Shown here: positions 9,949-20,265 of the stretch, piece after piece
Position numbering within the stretch: position 1 is the first letter of the stretch
Layout: the number at the start of each line of letters is the position of its first letter
NCBI GenBank assembly: GCA_003707115.1
Contig: PPNB01000010.1
Coordinates: forward strand, 124,001-188,000
Source: Tortispora ganteri
Taxonomy: Eukaryota
Direction: 5' to 3'
Length of the DNA stretch: 64,000 bases
Notes under the pieces: generated by a model
What the model was told of the DNA's origin: nothing
The model's database searches: none
Seen by the model: only the letters and a program-made list of their open reading frames with translations
Position numbers and translations under genes: made by a program

Positions 9949-12378
9949 ATGATCCCTCATTTACTCCTTCAGGCTTCTACGGAATCTGACCTTAAATTCC
10001 CTTGTCTTGCTGGTAGGGTACTGGTCAGAGATTCACCAGACTTACTCTTGTTTTTGAGTACTCACTTTGGATCTTTAGACATCTATGTCCTCTACCAAGG
10101 CGATTCTGATTCCCATGCCATCGGTATTCTGAACGCTGGTGCTAAAGTCCTAATTGTCAGCCCTGAGTTAGCTGCTACTTTAGAAAGTCAAGGCGTTCTA
10201 CCTGAACGCTTATGGCACTATGACTCCGTCAACGAATCAGGCGGCTCGTTCATGTCTGTTCCTCCTGCTAAGCTTTCGTTAGCAACAGCTGTTAGCGCTG
10301 ATTCCTTCAAATCGGCCATGGATACTATTAGAGCTGGTGGAATTGCTTCGTTACTGTGTGATGACCTCTCTGCAACTGATATGGCGCAGCTCTTTCTTGC
10401 AGTTGCTAAAACTGACCGTCCTGATGGCCTCTACTCCACGCTAGTTGTTGATTCTCATGAACGCGCTCTGGGCTTCGTATACTCTTCCTTCGAATCTGTT
10501 AAAGCTGCTATAGAGACTGGAACTGGTGTATATCAATCTCGAGAACGCGGTTTGTGGTTCAAAGGTGCCTCATCGGGCGCCACCCAGGATCTGCTCTCTA
10601 TTGGGATTGACTGTGATGGTGACTGTCTAAAATTCGAAGTCATACAAAAAGGCCCTGGATTCTGTCATCTCAATACCCCTACATGCTTTGGTCCTATTGA
10701 ATTTAAAGGTTTGTTGGCGCTAGAATCCACTCTCAAAAGCAGAAAGGAAGACGCGCCCGAAGGATCTTACACTAAACGTCTATTCACTGACGATAAACTC
10801 CTAAACGCCAAAATCCTCGAAGAAGCGGAAGAGCTCGTCGATGCTAAAAGCAAAGAAGAAGTATCATGGGAAGCCGCAGATCTGTTCTATTTTGCTCTCA
10901 CACGAGTTGTAAAGGACGGTCTATCCCTCTCTGATATTGAGCGTAACCTTGATCTCAAAGCCCTCAAAGTTTCTCGCCGAACAGGAAACGCAAAGCCAAA
11001 GTATCAAGAAGCAGTCGAAGCTAAAGAGACGAATATCAAAGGAGACTCCACTTCTGCAACGTCTTCATCTGCAGACCTTGTTATGCCGAGGTATTCTAGC
11101 ACATCTAGTGATCTTGATACTGTTCTTCAACGACCTGCTCAGAAATCTGCTGATATCATGAAGCTGGTGAAACCTATTGTCGAATCGGTGAAAACTAGAG
11201 GCGATGCAGCTTTGTTAGAATACACCAAAAATTTCGACAAAGTTGAACTAAAATCCTCCGTCATAACTGCTCCATTTCCTGAAGAACTTATGAAACTTGA
11301 CGCTAAAGTTAAAGAAGCCATTGATCTTTCTATCGAGAACGTTAAAAAGTTTCACACTGCACAACTTCCTTCCACTACTTTGAGCGTTGAGACGGCGCCT
11401 GGAGTTATTTGTTCAAGGTTCGCTCGCCCTATAGAATCCGTCGGTCTGTACATACCTGGAGGAACTGCCGTCCTTCCTTCCACCGCCTTGATGCTTGGTG
11501 TACCGGCACAAGTAGCTGGATGCGAAGAGATCGTATTTGCATCCCCACCTAGGAAAGATGGAACTATTACTCCGGAAGTCGTATATGTTGCTCATAAAGT
11601 CGGTGCGAAATGTATTGTATTGGCAGGTGGAGCCCAGGCTATTGCAGCTATGGCTTATGGTACAGAATCTGTTCCCAAGACTAATAAAATAATGGGACCC
11701 GGCAATCAATTTGTCACTGCTGCAAAGATGTACGTTGCTAACGATACTTCTGCTGCAGTTGCTATTGATATGCCTGCCGGACCCTCTGAAGTACTCGTCA
11801 TCGCTGATTCTACTTGCAATCCGGCGTTTGTGGCATCTGATTTGCTTTCTCAGGCTGAGCACGGCGTAGATTCTCAGGTTATTCTCATTGCTCTTGGTCT
11901 AACTGAGGAGAAGCTCTCTGCGATTGAGGATGAGGTCAAAAAACAGGCTTTAGCGCTTCCACGAGTTGACATTGTTCGCGGTAGTATAGCGCATTCTATC
12001 ACTGTTACGGTGGAAACTGTTTCCGAGGCATTTGAGTTATCTAACAGATATGCACCGGAGCATCTTATATTACACATAGAAAAGGCATCTGAGCGACTTG
12101 ACTTGATTAAGAATGCTGGTTCTGTGTTTGTGGGACAATGGTCGCCGGAGTCGTGCGGAGATTATTCCTCTGGTACGAACCACACGCTTCCTACTTACGG
12201 TTATGCTAAGATGTATTCTGGTGTTAATACTGGCACGTTTTTGAAGCATATTACATCTCAGGAGTTGACAGAAGAGGGATTGAAAAATATTGGACCAGCC
12301 GTGATGAGTCTTGCCAGTGTGGAAGGACTAGATGCACATGGCCGTGCAGTCGGCATTCGCCTTGCTAGCTTAAATTAA
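9949..12378 (+). CDS. HIS4: Trifunctional histidine biosynthesis protein (PRA-CH / PRA-PH / histidinol dehydrogenase)
   Basis: DCDGD...FCH cyclohydrolase, KILEEAEEL/EAADL pyrophosphatase, and DMPAGPSE, SQAEHG, PEHL, GTNHTLPT dehydrogenase motifs. Confidence 0.97.
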   Translation: MIPHLLLQASTESDLKFPCLAGRVLVRDSPDLLLFLSTHFGSLDIYVLYQGDSDSHAIGILNAGAKVLIVSPELAATLESQGVLPERLWHYDSVNESGGSFMSVPPAKLSLATAVSADSFKSAMDTIRAGGIASLLCDDLSATDMAQLFLAVAKTDRPDGLYSTLVVDSHERALGFVYSSFESVKAAIETGTGVYQSRERGLWFKGASSGATQDLLSIGIDCDGDCLKFEVIQKGPGFCHLNTPTCFGPIEFKGLLALESTLKSRKEDAPEGSYTKRLFTDDKLLNAKILEEAEELVDAKSKEEVSWEAADLFYFALTRVVKDGLSLSDIERNLDLKALKVSRRTGNAKPKYQEAVEAKETNIKGDSTSATSSSADLVMPRYSSTSSDLDTVLQRPAQKSADIMKLVKPIVESVKTRGDAALLEYTKNFDKVELKSSVITAPFPEELMKLDAKVKEAIDLSIENVKKFHTAQLPSTTLSVETAPGVICSRFARPIESVGLYIPGGTAVLPSTALMLGVPAQVAGCEEIVFASPPRKDGTITPEVVYVAHKVGAKCIVLAGGAQAIAAMAYGTESVPKTNKIMGPGNQFVTAAKMYVANDTSAAVAIDMPAGPSEVLVIADSTCNPAFVASDLLSQAEHGVDSQVILIALGLTEEKLSAIEDEVKKQALALPRVDIVRGSIAHSITVTVETVSEAFELSNRYAPEHLILHIEKASERLDLIKNAGSVFVGQWSPESCGDYSSGTNHTLPTYGYAKMYSGVNTGTFLKHITSQELTEEGLKNIGPAVMSLASVEGLDAHGRAVGIRLASLN

Positions 12379-12423
12379 AGTGCTAACCCACCCGTGAAAT
12401 AGAATATAGCAAGGTATATTCCT

Positions 12424-13146
12424 TCAGAATAGCATAGGAAGGTAGTATCTAGGTTCTGTAGCTTGAAGATCTATCCATACGAGACCAGAGCTGACCAGGT
12501 CTTCTAAGGCTGAGGAGATTCGTAACTTGTTCCATTGCATGTTATCAGAAATGATCGTCTTGGAAAGATAGCCTATATTTTGGCATATGCCGAGCAGTGT
12601 ACTTTGGTCATTAGATAACTGCATTGGTACGGATCGAACCATTTTCTTTCTTTTTGACCCAAATTCGACAATATCAAAACCACCAAGAGGATAAAGAGAG
12701 TCTATTGCATTCTTTATATCTGATTCGGTTATATTGTTGTTACCTAGGTAAGTAATTATGTCGGACATCGACATAAGACCACCATTCTTGTCTTTAGTGG
12801 CACGGCAAGCCTCCACTACTTTCACCGCCAACTGAAAATAGTAGTCATTAATATCTCTACCTAAAAGAGAAGCCCAGAATGAGCCTCCCTGATTTGTATT
12901 AGCAGATGTTGCTAAAGGGTCAACACCGATTGTATGGCACATATTTATAAATTTAGATCGAAATTCAGGACTATTATGAATTTCGTGGCGGTGTTCAGTC
13001 GCGAACTGTAACAATGCTGCCTGAAACACCTCTAATTGATTAGCAAGCTCTTTAAACCGAGATTGACTCAATGAACTGCTAAGATCGCTAAACTGTTTAG
13101 CATCTTTAGCAGACTTATCGAAACTAGCCAGTCCCAATCTGGACAT
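12424..13146 (-). CDS. SNF8: ESCRT-II subunit Snf8/Vps22
   Basis: GLASF N-terminus, EFRSKFINMCHTIGVDPLA, NGGL and GLVWIDLQ motifs of the EAP30 family. Confidence 0.93.
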   Translation of the reverse strand: MSRLGLASFDKSAKDAKQFSDLSSSLSQSRFKELANQLEVFQAALLQFATEHRHEIHNSPEFRSKFINMCHTIGVDPLATSANTNQGGSFWASLLGRDINDYYFQLAVKVVEACRATKDKNGGLMSMSDIITYLGNNNITESDIKNAIDSLYPLGGFDIVEFGSKRKKMVRSVPMQLSNDQSTLLGICQNIGYLSKTIISDNMQWNKLRISSALEDLVSSGLVWIDLQATEPRYYLPMLF

Positions 13147-13302
13147 TGTCGAAAGGTGGCTTAATGGAGTCTAATTGACTTGTGCATAATAGATGCAATG
13201 CTCTTACCAACTAGCGCGTTTAGGTAAACTACAATTAAAATTATAAAACTACCTTCCGAAATTAGCTGCATCTGAACCTTTTTTTTTATAGTGGTCATGA
13301 TG

Positions 13303-13649
13303 CTAACCGCATGTTCTGCATTGAAAGTCAATCGGGTCATCAGAGCCACCAAGTCCACTTATATTATCATTAGGTCCACCGTTACCTCTTCCCCCTCTAG
13401 TGCCACCAAGTCTTCCAGAACTATTATTTAACCTTCTCTGAGATCTTCCAGCTGTGAAGTCTGATCTTTCGGCTGATTCACGGGGATTCAGCTACATAGT
13501 TGTTAGCTTCTCAGTCATTTTATTATATGCGATTTCCTACTTACCGAAAACAATGTAGTAACGTATAACCCTATAAAACGAACAATTTTCTGTGATATTG
13601 GCAATGAGTTCACAACCTTTCCACCCGATACATAGGGCTTTTGTGTCAT
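13303..13649 (-). CDS. Two-exon 97-aa SelK/SelG-family membrane protein (Cys-type)
   Basis: Exon 1 13649-13545 MTQKPYVSGGKVVNSLPISQKIVRFIGLYVTTLFS; intron 13544-13492 (GTAAGT..GCTAAC..TAG, 53 nt); exon 2 13491-13303 LNPRESAE...GRLGGTRGGRGNGGP...DFQCRTCG*. Absent from the ORF track. Confidence 0.8.
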
Positions 13650-13793
13650 CGTTGTCGTATAGTTAATTGTCTAAGTGTCAAAGGGTCTAAGTATATAGTG
13701 GATAAAAGGTGACAATTCGTGTAGGAAGAGTTTATTAAGCATAAAGTTATTTTACACCTCCTGTATGTTATAAAATAAGTTGAAAGTGTACAA

Positions 13794-13864
13794 GCGTTGA
13801 TGGTTTAGTGGTAAAATTCGTCGTTGCCATCGACGAGCCCCCGGTTCGATTCCGGGTCAACGCA
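13794..13864 (+). tRNA. tRNA-Gly (GCC)
   Basis: Acceptor stem GCGTTGA/TCAACGC, D-arm, anticodon arm CGTCG-TTGCCAT-CGACG, T-arm CCCGG-TTCGATT-CCGGG, followed by a T-run Pol III terminator. Confidence 0.97.
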
Positions 13865-13981
13865 TTTTTTTTTGTATTTTTTTGCCCATACTTTTCAGGT
13901 TTCTATTTCAAATATTTAATTTTATTAACTGTGTCTAAGCGTTTTCAAAGCATTCATGTGTGTCATACAATGTCATAGTAT

Positions 13982-16162
13982 TTAGCTGATTCTAATGATC
14001 TCTCTTCTCTGGTTTCTGTACTGAATGCGATTCTGAATAGCTAATGAACTCAGAACTCGATCGAGAACTTCTTTTGCATATGAATCAGGTTTAGAAGAGT
14101 CACAAAACTCCTGAATAAGTGTTCTATATGTTGTGAAAAATCCTGGTTTCAGTCTGTCAAGTAAAGACTCACTCAATTGCCTCATCTTTTGCACGAACAC
14201 TTGTCCAGATGCTTCACCCTCTTGCAAAGCATTCATCGTTGAAGCGTTAAATAATCTCACAGCTTCATCTACATGTTCTTCTGCAACAACTGTTCGCAGT
14301 GTGAGCTTCGCAAGTGCTTCGGATATACGCACTATAGCTTCCAATTGTCTGATAGTGATCGGAATAGCTGACCTCTCGTTGGCTACCTTTTCTGATTCGT
14401 GCACTTTCTTGCGAATTTCAACAAAGTAACTAGACAGCTTACTAGCTGCTTCACTTGATAGCCGTGGTGCACATCTCGATCTGCAGTAAGAAATATACCT
14501 TTTCATCTTAGCCATATCAATATCACCAACGACTGTAGTGTCTGCTTGTCTATTCATATGGATGTCCATAACGTGTCTTGCGAGAGATTGATCTCTCGCT
14601 GTGTTATGGTCGTCTTTGACTAGGAAAATCATATCGAAACGTGATAAAATTGTCGTTTGAAAGTCAAGATTGTCTCCTGTAGACTTCAAATCGTCATACC
14701 TACCGAATACAGGGTTAGCTGCTGCTAACACCGAAGTCCTAGAATTCAAAATAGTCGTGATACCTGCTTTAGCAATGGAAATCGTTTGCTGCTCCATAGC
14801 TTCATGAATCGCTACTCGATCATCCTCTCTCATTTTGTCAAACTCATCAATACACACGACACCTCCATCGGCAAGAACCATGGCTCCACCTTCAAGGTAG
14901 AAATCTCTCGTGACTGCATCTCTCTGAACTGAAGCTGTCAGACCAGCAGCAGATGACCCCTTTCCGGATGTATACACCGATATAGGAGCCACCTTCTCGA
15001 CAAACTTGAGCATCTGCGACTTGGCGGTACCTGGGTCGCCAAGCAGCAGAATGTTAATATCTCCGCGCAATCTCATTCCATCAGGAAGAATCCTTCGCGT
15101 CCCGCCTACCAGCAAACATGCAACGGCTTTTTTAATATCCTTATTACCGTATATAGAAGGTGCGATACTTCCGGCAAATATTTCGTAAAAATTAGGCTGT
15201 CTAGCCATAGCCACAAATTCCTCCTCGTCTTCAGGTGAGAAAGCAACACTGCCGCTCATTGTATGATGTACATCTAATTGCATTCCAATAACTCGAAGAT
15301 ATGGATTTCGAATAGGCGCATTGCCCATCCCCTTGGATTTTGCGTTCTGAATAGAGTATATGCCTATAACTGTGCATCGTGTTCCAGGAACCACCCGGTT
15401 TACTAAGTATCGGTCGCAGCTCATAGATATGTGCCTTGGAATTTCACCGACTGGTACATCATCAGGGGCTTCTTGTAGCTTTAAGTGCTGCTTGTCGATG
15501 AAAGCAGACTTCTCATGGACGATAATGAACGGATTAGGAACGCACTCTTTGCGCTGGCCTTCCAAAGGAGGTGCATCGCAGAATTTCGGTAAGGCAACGG
15601 TAGACATTCCGGGGTCTACGTCAATATGCCGAACATATCGGCACGTTCGGCACATGATTTGCAGCTTTGTTGCCTGTGAGCTCAGTGTTGACGCGCCAAT
15701 GACAATACCAGACACCCGAACTAGTTTAGATACGTGTTCTGCGTTGAGCTGCGGGATGGGAATGACATTGGCATTAGACGTGAGAAGTATCTGAAATTTA
15801 GGAAGTGAAGCAGGGAGGTTTGTTTCACCACCTTCTGATTCTTGTATCGGTTCGATGTTGAATATGCGATTAGCAACTTCGTGCGCGGCGCCCTCAAGCA
15901 ATTTTAAAGTATCGGTTGGCGAGTTTGTTAGTCTATCTGCCAGTTCTTCGTTGTATGATACGACGTGCGACATGTCGACGTTGACTAGGTACTGTTGGAT
16001 AAGAACGTTTTCGCGGATTTGTTGGCGGTATATGAATTCAGCGCCAATTCGAAACTCCAGCAGGAAGTCCTTGAACTGGTCCTGGATTGCGGATGCCTCG
16101 CTCTGAGGCTCATCTACCGGCAGCGCATACGCCGTGTACAATCTTCCTTGATCAAATGACAT
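13982..16162 (-). CDS. MCM5: Replicative helicase subunit Mcm5
   Basis: GDPGTAKSQ Walker A, IDEFDKM Walker B, SRFD arginine finger; the N-terminus (MSFD...Y) and LPDGMRLRGDIN are Mcm5-type. Confidence 0.96.
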   Translation of the reverse strand: MSFDQGRLYTAYALPVDEPQSEASAIQDQFKDFLLEFRIGAEFIYRQQIRENVLIQQYLVNVDMSHVVSYNEELADRLTNSPTDTLKLLEGAAHEVANRIFNIEPIQESEGGETNLPASLPKFQILLTSNANVIPIPQLNAEHVSKLVRVSGIVIGASTLSSQATKLQIMCRTCRYVRHIDVDPGMSTVALPKFCDAPPLEGQRKECVPNPFIIVHEKSAFIDKQHLKLQEAPDDVPVGEIPRHISMSCDRYLVNRVVPGTRCTVIGIYSIQNAKSKGMGNAPIRNPYLRVIGMQLDVHHTMSGSVAFSPEDEEEFVAMARQPNFYEIFAGSIAPSIYGNKDIKKAVACLLVGGTRRILPDGMRLRGDINILLLGDPGTAKSQMLKFVEKVAPISVYTSGKGSSAAGLTASVQRDAVTRDFYLEGGAMVLADGGVVCIDEFDKMREDDRVAIHEAMEQQTISIAKAGITTILNSRTSVLAAANPVFGRYDDLKSTGDNLDFQTTILSRFDMIFLVKDDHNTARDQSLARHVMDIHMNRQADTTVVGDIDMAKMKRYISYCRSRCAPRLSSEAASKLSSYFVEIRKKVHESEKVANERSAIPITIRQLEAIVRISEALAKLTLRTVVAEEHVDEAVRLFNASTMNALQEGEASGQVFVQKMRQLSESLLDRLKPGFFTTYRTLIQEFCDSSKPDSYAKEVLDRVLSSLAIQNRIQYRNQRREIIRIS

Positions 16163-16278
16163 CCTGGGTTATAAAGATTGTGGACGCACAGAATAGTAAA
16201 AGAGAGTGAACTGTTCGAGAAAGGGGGTGTATGTTAAGGTGCAAGAAGGGGAGAGTTTTGAATGTTGCGTTGGGAAAA

Positions 16279-16295
16279 GCGCGTCGGTCGCGTTT
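16279..16295. promoter_or_regulatory. Tandem MCB-like (ACGCG) elements upstream of MCM5
   Basis: CGCGT at 16280-84 and 16289-93, about 120 nt upstream of the MCM5 ATG; such elements are typical of G1/S genes. Confidence 0.4.
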
Positions 16296-16397
16296 GGCCT
16301 AATTAACCCATTTAGTCAAATCACTTTTATATTTAAACCCTGAACCCGTGAAACTATCTCTGCGGTTAATGTCAAGTATGTTGCAGTATACGTCAGA

Positions 16398-16580
16398 ATG
16401 CAGGTCGATGTGATTAACTGTATGTTATGATATGTTCCAATCCGCTAAGATATGTCTGGTAGTGTTGGTGGCGATGAAGAGATCGCGAAACGACAGCCTC
16501 AAAGCGGTGCAGCTACACGTTTCAGTGCGGCTAAAAATGCCGCCACTGATGCTGTCAACGTAAAGGAAACTTTGTATTAA
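16398..16580 (+). pseudogene. Grg1/ccg-1-like small ORF, possibly degenerate
   Basis: ORF 16452-16580 MSGSVGGDEEIAKRQPQSGAATRFSAAKNAATDAVNVKETLY resembles the Grg1 family core. Upstream is ...ATT AAC T|GTATGT, and there is a TATA-like element at ~16328. Confidence 0.4.
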
Positions 16581-16681
16581 TTAACAAAGCAGTCTCTATC
16601 AAATTTCCAATATTTTTTTAGACATGAAAGCTGGCTACACGTGGTGAATGTTACACATATATAGCCCATGCATGCAGCAGG

Positions 16682-19600
16682 ATGGGCGTGACTTCCCAAA
16701 GGCTTACCTGCCTGGCGACCTTAACACCGATCATGCCCCACAACCGGTCTGTCAGCAAGTCTAGCGTCTCGTCACGGCCGGGGACGCTCGAGTACGACGG
16801 AGAAATATTTGATAAAGGATTTGTGGCCCCAGAACTGGAGAACATTGAAACTCCTTTAACCACTGAGCTCGAAGAACCGACTCCTTCAGCGACTCATCGC
16901 CGACTTAGTCTTTCCAAGCCGATTACAAGGAATTCCATCTCTCACATAGTCAATGCTGAGTCTTTACCTCGAAGTAATGGATTATATACGTCGATTATAA
17001 GGGATCCTTCCACCAAGGATATCCCCCCGGTGTCTTTGACTCCCCTGCAACCCGTTGACGGTACGACTATTGAATCCTATTTCGCGGCCATCTCAGCGGA
17101 TCATTCCACATTCTCTGGCTACCATAAGCAATCTGGCGCCTCAGAGCCTCACATCCTGAAATATTCGGCTTCTAGCACTTCGCTAGCCAATCTCAGAACT
17201 ACACCGATAGGTCATTCAAGGCAGTCGTCTTTCTCTTCAGCTTTTAGCATCCCTACCCATCCGACCTCTGGCGAAATGTCAGACGTACCCGAAGTGTTCT
17301 CTGACCCGAAATTTGATCTAACTAACCCTCGCATATTCAATTCAGTAACAGAAAATATTGAGCTTATTGTATTCTCAGACTCTGACCCTGCATCAGCGAC
17401 TCCTCTCAAGCCAAAAGGCCGCCGCACCGCCGCTTCTCTCGCTATGTTACAGGAAAAACTTTCTTGGTACTTAGACATTGTCGACATGAATCTAATAGGC
17501 AGCATATCTAGTGCCACTACCTCTTTTTTCTCCGCATTATCAAAGCTTGGCGACTTGGAAAACGAGTCAAAAGAAATTGTACATAAACTTAATTCGATGT
17601 CCTTATCCCTTTCTTCTATAGACCAGGATATAGTTCAGACAAGTTTGACAGCTCAGAAATTAAATATCCGTTTGCAAAATATATCAAAGCTTCGCGACTC
17701 TGTAATTCAAATAAGGCAAGTCGTCGAAGCCGCTTCTAGTGCTGAATTGGCCTTTCAGAATAATGACCTTGCAAAGACTCTCGACATAATGGACTCTATA
17801 CAGCATATGATTCATGGTAAATCTTGCAAATACGACTTAAGGTCTATAAGGAGCCTTAATCCGCTGCAAGAGCGGCTCATGACAATGAAAACTCAAATTG
17901 GACAGTCTTATGTCACCTTATTCGCCGATACACTCATGCACGACTTGATCAGGCATAGAGAATCGGTTCCTCCTAGCGAATCACTGACCCGCCTAATATC
18001 ATCCGCTATGAAGGTCAATAAACGAAGCGATTCCGCGAATGTTAATACTACGTTTTCTGAAACTTCTGATACCTTGCGAGACACCCTGCATGCGAAAATA
18101 TCAGGCCTATATAGGGCTAACATGGTTTCGTCTGCTTTGAATGTTTACGGCGACCGCGCCTCGAGAGAACTCAAGGAAATTATTCGTCGTTATCTGCCAA
18201 ACGATGACGATGCAAGTTCGGATGTATCAGGTATGTCTCGAAGCCATAGAGGAAACATCTTGGCTAAGTCTTTGCGAGCTATGGAACCGCTACAATTTGA
18301 TCGCATGCTTGCACAGATATACTGCGCAGCTTCTGAAGCTCTGCGTCGCATTTCTTTCCAGCAAAAGCTTTTACTGGATCTAAGTGCATCAATATCAATG
18401 CAGCTTGAACAAGATGGCTCTGTCAATGGAGCATTGGTGAACTCAATTATGGATACCTCACAGATGCTGTATGATATCTCCAACTATACCTTTGATAGGA
18501 TATCTAAAGTGCTTGGTGCTCGACGAGATTTGACTGTTTTTGCATTGAACAAGGGGTATTCCAACAGTAGTTTTGACACATCTACATACATTCAGGATGC
18601 CGACTCTTTTTTGAGATATTATTCATTGAATATGGTTTTTCTACGTGAATATGAGGCTCTGCTTGGTGTTTCCGCTACTGACTGCCCGCTTTACAGAATC
18701 CTCAATGAACAAGTCAAAGAATTTTTACCCAATTTACAAAACATGAGTGTTAGAAAGCTCACTCTCATTATCGAAAAGGATCGCTGGAAAGAAGTAAAAG
18801 TTCCAAAAGATATACAGACTTTTATAGATATTCTACGCACTGATGAAGACATACGAAACTCTGATGAAGACATTATGCAACTAGTTGCAAATGAACCGAT
18901 TTTAAACAAAACCGAGGAATTTTTATCTAAGATAAAGGTTAATGATTCTGAACTGTTTCTTTCACATTCATCACTCACATTGATCATGAATATACGTGCT
19001 CAACTGATTCTTTGCGAAGCATTTAGCCACAGTGCAGGCGCTCTTGGCTCTCGTATAGTTGATTTGCTCAGAGTCTTCAAAACAGGGTTAAACCAAGCGC
19101 TTCTTGCAGCTGGAGCCACGAAACTGGCAGGACTAAAACACATCACGCTGAAGCATTTAGCGCTTGGTATTCAAAGTTTAGGAGTGTTTGTGAATATGAT
19201 TCCAATTATCAAAAAAAGGTTTGTGGACAGATATGGCGACTGTTCCATTTCATCACCAAGTGACAACCTAACCGTTGCAGGAGAGTTGGATAGCGTGTTA
19301 CAAGAGTTCAAAGAGGAACAAGCAATAATTGTAGAGAAGATCGTCTCTATTATGTCAGGACGTGTTGCAATTCACGCTGGCGTTATAACGAGAGTCGACT
19401 GGAATAAAGAGAACGATAATCAGACCTATGCGAACGATTTGCTGAAAGAGCTCCAGACTCTCAAGAACATATCACAGAGCTACATTCCAAGTGATCTATC
19501 CAAAGATCTTTTGAATAGGGTGTTTGAGCGCTACGAGACGGCACTTAGTACGGAGTTTGGCAAAGTGACAGTGACCAGTGAAACAGGCCGAGAGCGCCTT

Positions 19601-19924
19601 CTAGCAGATGCAACGGCGCTTAAGAAACGCTTCACCGCTTTAGGTGCAGAAATGATTGGCGATTCAATATACGCAGTAGTTCAGGATAAAGATGTGGCAT
19701 ACGAAGCGGATGTTAATGAGATTGAGCCCACAAAGAACGGCGTCGATAACGGAACCGTGCAAAACGATACTAAAACGAGAACTAGTAAAAGTTCCGAAAA
19801 CGTTAGCGAAAACGCTGCCGAAACCGGCAAACTTGAAGCTTGTGAACCAACGACTAACGCCGAAGATACGACTAATGGTGGAACTCCGATAGGTTCCGAA
19901 TCGGAAACACCGGCCGATGATTAG
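16682..19924 (+). CDS. VPS54: GARP complex subunit Vps54
   Basis: LQEKLSWYLDIVD...ISSATTSFFSAL and AAGATKLAGLKHITLKHLAL motifs. The start may instead be the ATG at 16733. Confidence 0.92.
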   Translation: MGVTSQRLTCLATLTPIMPHNRSVSKSSVSSRPGTLEYDGEIFDKGFVAPELENIETPLTTELEEPTPSATHRRLSLSKPITRNSISHIVNAESLPRSNGLYTSIIRDPSTKDIPPVSLTPLQPVDGTTIESYFAAISADHSTFSGYHKQSGASEPHILKYSASSTSLANLRTTPIGHSRQSSFSSAFSIPTHPTSGEMSDVPEVFSDPKFDLTNPRIFNSVTENIELIVFSDSDPASATPLKPKGRRTAASLAMLQEKLSWYLDIVDMNLIGSISSATTSFFSALSKLGDLENESKEIVHKLNSMSLSLSSIDQDIVQTSLTAQKLNIRLQNISKLRDSVIQIRQVVEAASSAELAFQNNDLAKTLDIMDSIQHMIHGKSCKYDLRSIRSLNPLQERLMTMKTQIGQSYVTLFADTLMHDLIRHRESVPPSESLTRLISSAMKVNKRSDSANVNTTFSETSDTLRDTLHAKISGLYRANMVSSALNVYGDRASRELKEIIRRYLPNDDDASSDVSGMSRSHRGNILAKSLRAMEPLQFDRMLAQIYCAASEALRRISFQQKLLLDLSASISMQLEQDGSVNGALVNSIMDTSQMLYDISNYTFDRISKVLGARRDLTVFALNKGYSNSSFDTSTYIQDADSFLRYYSLNMVFLREYEALLGVSATDCPLYRILNEQVKEFLPNLQNMSVRKLTLIIEKDRWKEVKVPKDIQTFIDILRTDEDIRNSDEDIMQLVANEPILNKTEEFLSKIKVNDSELFLSHSSLTLIMNIRAQLILCEAFSHSAGALGSRIVDLLRVFKTGLNQALLAAGATKLAGLKHITLKHLALGIQSLGVFVNMIPIIKKRFVDRYGDCSISSPSDNLTVAGELDSVLQEFKEEQAIIVEKIVSIMSGRVAIHAGVITRVDWNKENDNQTYANDLLKELQTLKNISQSYIPSDLSKDLLNRVFERYETALSTEFGKVTVTSETGRERLLADATALKKRFTALGAEMIGDSIYAVVQDKDVAYEADVNEIEPTKNGVDNGTVQNDTKTRTSKSSENVSENAAETGKLEACEPTTNAEDTTNGGTPIGSESETPADD

Positions 19925-20265
19925 ACACTTACCGTTCACATGAACGAAATATAGAGTTTCGTGAACTTCCTGATTGTTTTGGGTTAGGGATGTTATTGAC
20001 TGGTTATTGAGTTTTTAATCGTACTGAGTTTTCTCGACAATTTTGTAGGGGTCGAGGGGTGAGTTTCTAGGGACGAAAAGGGAGAGAAACCCCCAGGGAA
20101 CCTGTATTTTACCACAACACGGTCTGCCTAATTAGAAAGGTTTATTTCTGTATATCGCGCTCCTTTTTGCTTGTTTTTGAGCAGCGATTTTACTCTTTTG
20201 CACCTTGTATTTTTGCTTATTTTGATATATAGCAAGAAAAAGGTTGTACCTACGTCCTGCCAATA

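Noticed and set aside
13303..13320. Possible selenocysteine recoding in the SelK-like gene
   Set aside because: There is no in-frame TGA; the gene ends Cys-Gly-TAG, and the nearby tRNA is an ordinary tRNA-Gly.
13161..13358. 65-aa ORF from the track
   Set aside because: It is an alternative frame overlapping the last exon and 3' UTR of the SelK-like gene and has no motif.
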